A stretch of DNA of 28,898 bases from positions 1 through 28,898 of IMG/VR virus record IMGVR_UViG_3300012663_000269; one strand, written 5' to 3'. How positions within the stretch are numbered: the first letter of the stretch is position 1; the number at the start of each line of letters is the position of its first letter. The translations under genes and the position numbers were made by a program. The notes below the pieces were generated by a model. That model did not search any database. It saw only the letters and a program-made list of their open reading frames with translations, and was not told the origin of the DNA. Source of the DNA: a virus (taxonomy: Duplodnaviria > Caudoviricetes). Positions 16,876-22,560 of the stretch are shown piece by piece.

Positions 16876-17823
16876 TTACTGCACATTATTTACACATCTA
16901 CCTGCTGCTACCTCGCGTGTCGTAAACACACTAGGGTCTTCCTTAAGCGCCTTATCTATCAAGTTATCTATAGCTGTGACGCTGTACCGCATATCGCGTA
17001 TTACTACCCCTCTGGTATGCCCACCTGCATCGACGACATCAACATCCCCAACTATCTTGTTGGATATATTGTTACACCATTGCAGCATCGCTAAAAACAA
17101 ACGCATGTTGTCGTCCTCATTAGTGATGCCCACTAAGTCTCGTCGCTCATGCATCACATCAACGGCCAGCTTGAGCAGTAACTCGGCGTTACCTACTCTC
17201 TTAAACATATCAAACTCCTCGCCAGTACTTAACGTAAACACATAAGCCCTCCGCGAATAGCTATCCTTAATCTCCCCAAAGGCGCGCATTGTCTCGGCCT
17301 GTATCCATCCATCTGTCATCGTCAACCACGCCCGACAGAAGTTCTTAAACGGTATTAGCACTTTACGCTTAGCCTTGATAGCCTTGCGGTCTACTATCTC
17401 CTGCACCATAGGCTGCGGGTCAATCACTTCCCACTCACCCTCCACCATATGCAGCCGCAGCGACCCAGTTACCGGCACTAAGTAATCTCTACCTCCCTTC
17501 AGCATTACCCACAACCTATCGTACCGCTTGAAACAGCCGATACCCTGTGGCGTCCACCGCCAGATAAACTCAGCCGTCGTCGGCGTCGACCACTGCTCGC
17601 ACTTAATAGCTACGGTGCCATCCACGTGATACGTGACAACATCTGTCTGATACAACCTCGCAGCATAGGCAGTGTACGTAGCCTCCCCGTCGATGACGGT
17701 ACGCTTGACGATAGTTTCCCAATCCCTACTCCGCTTACCAATTGGCCGCACTTCAACTGCTCGCCCCCTGATTGGCACAACCCTCTCAAACTGTTCTTGC
17801 ATGTACTCATATCTAATTGTCAT
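16876..17823 (-). CDS. Hypothetical early protein
   Basis: ATG at 17823 follows AAGGAG; long ORF. Confidence 0.78.
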   Translation of the reverse strand: MTIRYEYMQEQFERVVPIRGRAVEVRPIGKRSRDWETIVKRTVIDGEATYTAYAARLYQTDVVTYHVDGTVAIKCEQWSTPTTAEFIWRWTPQGIGCFKRYDRLWVMLKGGRDYLVPVTGSLRLHMVEGEWEVIDPQPMVQEIVDRKAIKAKRKVLIPFKNFCRAWLTMTDGWIQAETMRAFGEIKDSYSRRAYVFTLSTGEEFDMFKRVGNAELLLKLAVDVMHERRDLVGITNEDDNMRLFLAMLQWCNNISNKIVGDVDVVDAGGHTRGVVIRDMRYSVTAIDNLIDKALKEDPSVFTTREVAAGRCVNNVQ

Positions 17824-17838
17824 TTCAATTCTCCTTTG

Positions 17839-17862
17839 ATTCTTCACGTTGACGTGAAGTTT
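17839..17862. repeat. 24-bp palindrome copy 5
   Basis: ATTCTTCACGTTGACGTGAAGTTT. Confidence 0.92.
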
Positions 17863-17868
17863 GGTTGG

Positions 17869-17970
17869 TCATACAACGCCTAAAAACACTACTAATAAGA
17901 ACAGCAACGCAGCTAGGCACACACCAAGCAACGCGCCAAGCACAAACTTCCATATCTCTAACTCGTCCAT
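17869..17970 (-). CDS. 33-aa single-pass membrane peptide (absent from ORF track)
   Basis: MDELEIWKFVLGALLGVCLAALLFLLVVFLGVV*, with a GGGGAG RBS and TAATG coupling. Confidence 0.7.
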   Translation of the reverse strand: MDELEIWKFVLGALLGVCLAALLFLLVVFLGVV

Positions 17971-18164
17971 TATGTTTTCTCCCCGTCCTGCACCCAGAGC
18001 AGCGCGTTATATATGACAGCCATCAACGCATCAACCTCGTCCTCTAACTGCTCTTCCGGCCAATTCTCGAATGGCTCCCAAGGTGTGTAGTCGTCCACGT
18101 CAGCATAAAAGTGCGCTTCGGCAATTGCTTGGGCGTATGCTTCCATCTCGTGTTTAGTTCTCAT
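17970..18164 (-). CDS. Small acidic protein
   Basis: 64 aa with 16 D/E against 3 K/R; AAGGAG RBS. Confidence 0.72.
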   Translation of the reverse strand: MRTKHEMEAYAQAIAEAHFYADVDDYTPWEPFENWPEEQLEDEVDALMAVIYNALLWVQDGEKT

Positions 18165-18379
18165 TTCATTTCTCCTTGTATAACTTCATCACTTACTTCC
18201 CGTATCCAATCGACACGGATATTGTCGACATACAGCCACATGTTTAGCCGCCTGCTGTCGGTTAGATGCAATGGGTAGGTAACCAATAACTTGTCACCCC
18301 TCTCGTTCACCTTGTCCAATCGCACGATCTCAGCCTTGTCCGGCTGTCTGCGCTTGTTGTAATACTTCATGATTCTCAT
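18161..18379 (-). CDS. Hypothetical protein
   Basis: GAGGA RBS; ATGA coupling at both ends. Confidence 0.7.
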   Translation of the reverse strand: MRIMKYYNKRRQPDKAEIVRLDKVNERGDKLLVTYPLHLTDSRRLNMWLYVDNIRVDWIREVSDEVIQGEMK

Positions 18380-18630
18380 GTCGTCCTCTTCGGGTTAGTG
18401 CCGATTAGGTCGGCTGCGTCGTATATGTACTGATAGGCTCCCTTGCTGTAGGGAATCTGCACCATCGATGCTTTTTGCTTGGACTCGGCTTTCGCTGCGT
18501 CCTCGCCGCACCATAAGCACAGTTTGTATCCTAGTGCTGCACGTTTAGGGTCGATGTGATCCCCGCACACTACGCACAGGAATCGGCTGTCTTCCAATAC
18601 TTCATACGTAAACTTCTTTACACGTCCCAT
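18376..18630 (-). CDS. DksA/TraR-type C4 zinc-finger protein
   Basis: CVVCGDHIDPKRAALGYKLCLWC. ATG at 18630 follows GAGAGGA. Confidence 0.72.
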   Translation of the reverse strand: MGRVKKFTYEVLEDSRFLCVVCGDHIDPKRAALGYKLCLWCGEDAAKAESKQKASMVQIPYSKGAYQYIYDAADLIGTNPKRTT

Positions 18631-18648
18631 ATAGTCCTCTCTGTTGTG

Positions 18649-18672
18649 AAACTTCACATCGACATGAAGTTT
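18649..18672. repeat. 24-bp palindrome copy 6
   Basis: AAACTTCACATCGACATGAAGTTT. Confidence 0.93.
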
Positions 18673-18726
18673 GGTTGGTGTTGCTTGGTTTGGCACTCAT
18701 TACCCGTTTTTTCATCCTACAACCAT

Positions 18727-18755
18727 ATTGTACCATACTTATTGACAGTTGTCAA
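18727..18755 (-). promoter_or_regulatory. Strong sigma70-type early promoter
   Basis: TTGACA-N17-TACAAT with an extended -10 TGn. Confidence 0.85.
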
Positions 18756-18793
18756 TAGGACAGGGGGTCTTTCGGTATAGGCAGCTTTTGGGC

Positions 18794-18817
18794 AAACTTC
18801 ATGTCGATGTGAAGTTT
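18794..18817. repeat. 24-bp palindrome copy 7 (exact reverse complement of copy 6)
   Basis: AAACTTCATGTCGATGTGAAGTTT. Confidence 0.93.
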
Positions 18818-19236
18818 TGGAGGCTTTTGTGCTGCGCGACACGTCACAACAAGTTATTTCTGTGTTGGATTATGTTTGGATTATTGAGCACACGTGACAA
18901 GGAAGTGTCAGGTGATGGTGTAGCTGTTTTTGCGATGTTGTATTGGCAATTGTTCCGCAAAAGGGCTATTTGTTCCGTAATGTTCCGTGGCCGGCGACAA
19001 AGGTGATCCCTAGGGGGACAACGGGTTTGAGGCATGTTCTGTCATTTTGTTCAGTGTTCCGTGGTTATATACGTGTCTGGGCAAAAATGGAGAAAAATTA
19101 GTGGAAAACGAAAAAACTTGGCAGAGGGCTCGGCCGGGCTGAGGAAATTAAAATTTTGCCGTCTGTTGTGTTTTAAACGCGGAACATTGGAACAATTAAC
19201 AATATATTAATATAATTTATTTAAAAAACTCTTTAG

Positions 19237-19249
19237 AATCAACAACTTA
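19237..19249 (+). promoter_or_regulatory. IHF consensus site
   Basis: AATCAACAACTTA matches WATCAA-N4-TTR, with an AT tract upstream. Confidence 0.6.
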
Positions 19250-19314
19250 GGTGCATTAGTTGTCAAAATGTACAAGGAACAATTGGCGGAACAACAACTA
19301 ATTTTATTCAATGA

Positions 19315-19327
19315 AATCAATGACTTA
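19315..19327 (+). promoter_or_regulatory. IHF consensus site
   Basis: AATCAATGACTTA matches WATCAA-N4-TTR, with an AT tract upstream. Confidence 0.6.
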
Positions 19328-19451
19328 GCAAAAGCGTTGGCGGAACAATAACGGAACAATTGACATTCCGATAAGTAATGGGCTTGGCCTCTCCCATTGT
19401 GCGAGAACTGGCATCACTGGTATCGTTTTTTGGGCTGCTATTGCGCGTTGC

Positions 19452-19475
19452 AAACTTCATGTCGACATGAAAAAT
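19452..19475. repeat. 24-bp palindrome copy 8
   Basis: AAACTTCATGTCGACATGAAAAAT. Confidence 0.9.
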
Positions 19476-19482
19476 GAGGGCG

Positions 19483-19505
19483 AAAAAAAGCCCGCCGAAG
19501 CGGGC
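19483..19505 (-). terminator. Intrinsic terminator
   Basis: GCCCGC-TTCG-GCGGGC followed by T7 on the minus strand, downstream of the 196-aa gene. Confidence 0.92.
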
Positions 19506-19528
19506 ATTGTGAAACATGTTTTGCTGTG

Positions 19529-20119
19529 TTACTCGGCTGCGTCTGCGTCAACTTCCTCAAGGTATCCCGCTGCGTCGATCGCGTCGATTAAAAACGCTGC
19601 GAGTGATGTCAATTCGTCATTGTCGCTTTCCTTCATTTTATTAAATGCTTTGAGGAACTTAGCCGCTGCTTTCGCGCCATCGTCGCCGGATGCAATTGCC
19701 ACCATGATATTACCCGTCGATTCACCTTTGGCCTTTGCTTTGCGGTTCGCGTTAAGGTCGAATTTTTTCCCGTCATTCACGCAGGCGCGGATTGCGCTCA
19801 GGATATTGTTAGCGGTTCCATCTGCGTATTCGTCGCTTTTTAACTGTACGTAAATTGCCTGCGCCAGCGCGCAAGTCCGGCGTGACTTGCCAAGTGTACG
19901 CTTTGCTGCGCGTAGTGTCTTACAGTCCGCGTTAATCTTATCCATCAAGGACGTGACTTCAGTTAATGACTTTTCATAAGACTTGACAGCGGCGGCAATG
20001 CCTACCGCTAAAGATAACGCGCCATCATCCGACAGCGTGATTGTCGCTGCGCTTGGCGCTTTGGTTGCTGCTTTATTTGCTTTGAGCGAGGTTGCGGCTT
20101 TGTTGGCTTTTGTAGTCAT
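19529..20119 (-). CDS. Stand-alone Ala/Lys-rich helical protein of unknown function
   Basis: 196 aa with an AGGAA RBS and its own promoter and terminator. Confidence 0.82.
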   Translation of the reverse strand: MTTKANKAATSLKANKAATKAPSAATITLSDDGALSLAVGIAAAVKSYEKSLTEVTSLMDKINADCKTLRAAKRTLGKSRRTCALAQAIYVQLKSDEYADGTANNILSAIRACVNDGKKFDLNANRKAKAKGESTGNIMVAIASGDDGAKAAAKFLKAFNKMKESDNDELTSLAAFLIDAIDAAGYLEEVDADAAE

Positions 20120-20173
20120 GATAGTAATTTCCTATTAAGTTATGAACCGCCGAATTGCGAGTCCATGTAAAGA

Positions 20174-20201
20174 ATTATACCAGATTATTGACGGTTGTCA
20201 A
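20174..20201 (-). promoter_or_regulatory. Consensus sigma70-type promoter
   Basis: TTGACA-N16-TATAAT with an extended -10 TGn. Confidence 0.85.
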
Positions 20202-20223
20202 CTATCACGTCGACGTGAAGTTT
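20200..20223. repeat. 24-bp palindrome copy 9 (overlaps the -35 by 2 bp)
   Basis: AACTATCACGTCGACGTGAAGTTT. Confidence 0.88.
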
Positions 20224-20419
20224 TGGCCGGATTCGCTACCCCACCGTCCCCCCACCACCCCGAAACAGTTTAGGAGTCCCGTCCGTATCTCCCTAGGTTT
20301 TGCACAGTATCTAGCAAAAATCTCAATTATACTTGACAGTTGTAAAGACCCCCCACCCCCTTGCTTTTTCCAGAACACATGGCTATACTTCTTCACAGCA
20401 AAACACCCCCCTTGCATTT

Positions 20420-20448
20420 TTGAAATCGTGACCCCCGGGGGGTATATA
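20420..20448 (+). promoter_or_regulatory. Possible promoter for packaging/structural operon
   Basis: TTGAAA-N17-TATATA; the spacer contains CCCCCGGGGGG. The -10 lacks the final T. Confidence 0.35.
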
Positions 20449-20472
20449 TCTGAGCCACAAACCGCACAGAAC

Positions 20473-21090
20473 ATGCAACTTGTTATCACGCCCGAGTTAG
20501 GTACTCCGCTACCCTTAGACTTAACGCCTGAGGAGGTAGAGCAATTCCGTGAGCGTGCACAAGCTGCGTGTCGTACTATTCAGGACCTGATAGCTGCGGG
20601 TGGGGAAGTAGACGTTACCCAAGAAGACTCCCAACGTGCACATCAGATCATGACATCCGACAGCCCAATCAGGGTTGCCAAAACACCTCCGGGTACTATC
20701 TTAAAATTAGAGTCGCTGCTAACCCAGTATGACCATGAGTTCCTCGGCGCTAATCGCCGTATAGCCAATTTTGTAACGAACCGTCTGCTTGAAGAAACAG
20801 AAGATGAAGACGCACGTGTGCGCTTAAAAGCCTTGGAGTTGCTAGGCAAGCGCCGTGGGGTAAATCTGTTTACGGAGCAGATGGAGATTACTATTAAGCA
20901 AAAGCCAACTGAAGAGCTAGAAGGTCAGCTATCCACCCTGCTAGAGAAGTATATGGGTGTCGCTGAAGTAGTAGAGCACAAAGCCTTAGTTGATTTAGAT
21001 GCAGAGCTTGGCCCTATAGAGGAACCTGTTGAACCCGAATCTCCTAGAGACACTGAAGACGAACCCAACGCTCCTGAATCAGTTGCCTGA
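20473..21090 (+). CDS. Putative terminase small subunit
   Basis: Directly upstream of and overlapping TerL; helical motif RLKALELLGK..GV.LF. Start reassigned to the ATG at 20473. Confidence 0.65.
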   Translation: MQLVITPELGTPLPLDLTPEEVEQFRERAQAACRTIQDLIAAGGEVDVTQEDSQRAHQIMTSDSPIRVAKTPPGTILKLESLLTQYDHEFLGANRRIANFVTNRLLEETEDEDARVRLKALELLGKRRGVNLFTEQMEITIKQKPTEELEGQLSTLLEKYMGVAEVVEHKALVDLDAELGPIEEPVEPESPRDTEDEPNAPESVA

Positions 21091-22552
21091 AGAGGCCCAA
21101 CTGCAAGTCAGAGAACTGCTGGAGGAGTTAGAAGCCCGGAAGGTTGCGTCAAAAGCGCAGCATGACTTCATGGCGTTCGTCCGTCACGTCTGGCCTAACT
21201 TCATTAATGGGGCGCATCACATAAGAATGGCTAGGGCGTTCGAGCGAGTAGCGCGTGGGGAGTGCAAAAGGCTCATTATTAACATGCCACCCCGCCATAC
21301 TAAGTCTGAATTTGCGTCTTATCTGTTGCCGGCATGGTTTTTAGGGAATTTTCCGCACAAAAAGGTCATCCAAACGTCCCATACTGCTGAATTGGCGGTA
21401 GGTTTTGGTCGAAAAGTCCGAAATTTGGTCGATCAGGACGTATATAAAGAGATTTTCCCGGATGTAGCCCTCCAAACTGACTCTAAAGCAGCCGGTCGGT
21501 GGAACACAAGCAAGGGTGGTGACTACTTTGCTATTGGTGTGGGGGGTGCGGTGACGGGTAAGGGTGCTGATGTACTAATTATTGACGACCCGCACAGTGA
21601 ACAAGAGGCCGCACTAGCCGAAATCAACCCAGAAATCTACGACAAGACCTATGAGTGGTACACGTCGGGGCCGCGCCAGCGTCTGCAACCGGGAGGATCA
21701 ATCGTCATTGTTATGACTCGATGGTCTAAGAAGGACTTAACCGGACAGGTGCTTAAGAGCGCGGCCCAGCGGTCGGGAGAAGATTGGGAAGTGATTGAGT
21801 TCCCTGCTATTTTGCCTAGTGGACGGGCATTGTGGCCTGAGTTCTGGTCCCAGAAAGAACTTGAGGCGTTACGGAACGAGTTGCCCCACGGTAAGTGGAT
21901 GGCGCAGTACCAGCAGGACCCTACAAGTGAAACAAGCGCTATTGTCAAGCGGGAGTGGTGGCAGTTGTGGGAGCATGAGGACCCACCGGACTGTGAGTTT
22001 ACGCTAATGGCGTGGGATACGGCGTTTGAGAAACATAACCGGGCGGACTATTCAGCTTGTACGTTATGGGGTATTTTCTATAGGCCAGACGATACGGGTG
22101 TTAATCAGGCGAACATTATTTTGCTTAATGCGTTTCGGGATCGGATGGAGTTTCCGGAATTAAAGAAAGTAGCAATAGAACAGTATAAAGAATGGCAACC
22201 TGACTCTGTTATTATCGAGAAGAAAGCAACGGGAGCCCCACTTATTTATGAGATGCGGGCAATGGGTATACCCGTACAAGAGTTTACCCCGGGTAAGGGC
22301 AACGATAAGATAAGCCGGCTCAACGGTGTGTCTGACATTTTTGCATCGAAACGTGTGTGGGTGCCTAATACTAATTGGGCGGAAGAAGTGGTTGAGGAAG
22401 TGGCGAGTTTTCCGGCTGGCGAACATGACGATTATGTTGACTCGACCACATTAGCATTAATGCGCTTTCGGCGGGGTGGGTATATTAGGGCCGCACTTGA
22501 TGAGCCTGATGAGCCGAGTGAGTTTAAATCACGTCGTAAAGAATACTACTAA
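21029..22552 (+). CDS. terL: Terminase large subunit
   Basis: INMPPRHTKSE (Walker A region), IIDDP (Walker B), VMTRW, YQQDP, and nuclease motifs WDTA, ADYSA and HDDYVDS. Confidence 0.95.
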   Translation: MNPNLLETLKTNPTLLNQLPEEAQLQVRELLEELEARKVASKAQHDFMAFVRHVWPNFINGAHHIRMARAFERVARGECKRLIINMPPRHTKSEFASYLLPAWFLGNFPHKKVIQTSHTAELAVGFGRKVRNLVDQDVYKEIFPDVALQTDSKAAGRWNTSKGGDYFAIGVGGAVTGKGADVLIIDDPHSEQEAALAEINPEIYDKTYEWYTSGPRQRLQPGGSIVIVMTRWSKKDLTGQVLKSAAQRSGEDWEVIEFPAILPSGRALWPEFWSQKELEALRNELPHGKWMAQYQQDPTSETSAIVKREWWQLWEHEDPPDCEFTLMAWDTAFEKHNRADYSACTLWGIFYRPDDTGVNQANIILLNAFRDRMEFPELKKVAIEQYKEWQPDSVIIEKKATGAPLIYEMRAMGIPVQEFTPGKGNDKISRLNGVSDIFASKRVWVPNTNWAEEVVEEVASFPAGEHDDYVDSTTLALMRFRRGGYIRAALDEPDEPSEFKSRRKEYY

Positions 22553-22560
22553 GGACATAT

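Larger units (their letters stand above)
18951..19358. other. Candidate replication origin or packaging region with oriented TGTTCC/GGAACA repeats and AT tract
   Basis: TGTTCC at 18951, 18971, 18981 and 19055, with variants at 19035 and 19048. GGAACA at 19181, 19189, 19276, 19288, 19342 and 19353. AT-rich tract at about 19192-19236. No credible gene. Confidence 0.6.

Noticed and set aside
18749-19517. Short ORFs in the origin-like region
   Set aside because: They have no RBS, overlap repeats and the terminator, and have non-coding composition.
13219-20223. CRISPR array reading of the 24-bp palindromes
   Set aside because: Spacing is 145-1544 bp and contains whole genes; there are no constant-length spacers and no cas operon.
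13219-20223. Integron attC or parS reading of the palindromes
   Set aside because: The AAC...GTT ends are reminiscent of attC, but 24 bp is far too short, there are no extrahelical bases and no integrase is present. The TTCAC/GTGAA halves resemble parS (TGTTTCACGTGAAACA) but are 6 bp further apart, and no ParB is seen.
20333-20361. Plus-strand promoter at TTGACA 20333
   Set aside because: There is no -10 at the correct spacing (a C tract lies there instead); retained only as a dyad variant.
20155-20472. 106-aa N-terminal extension of the terminase small subunit ORF
   Set aside because: It starts at a TTG without an RBS and runs through a promoter, a palindrome and C tracts; the ATG at 20473 is more plausible.
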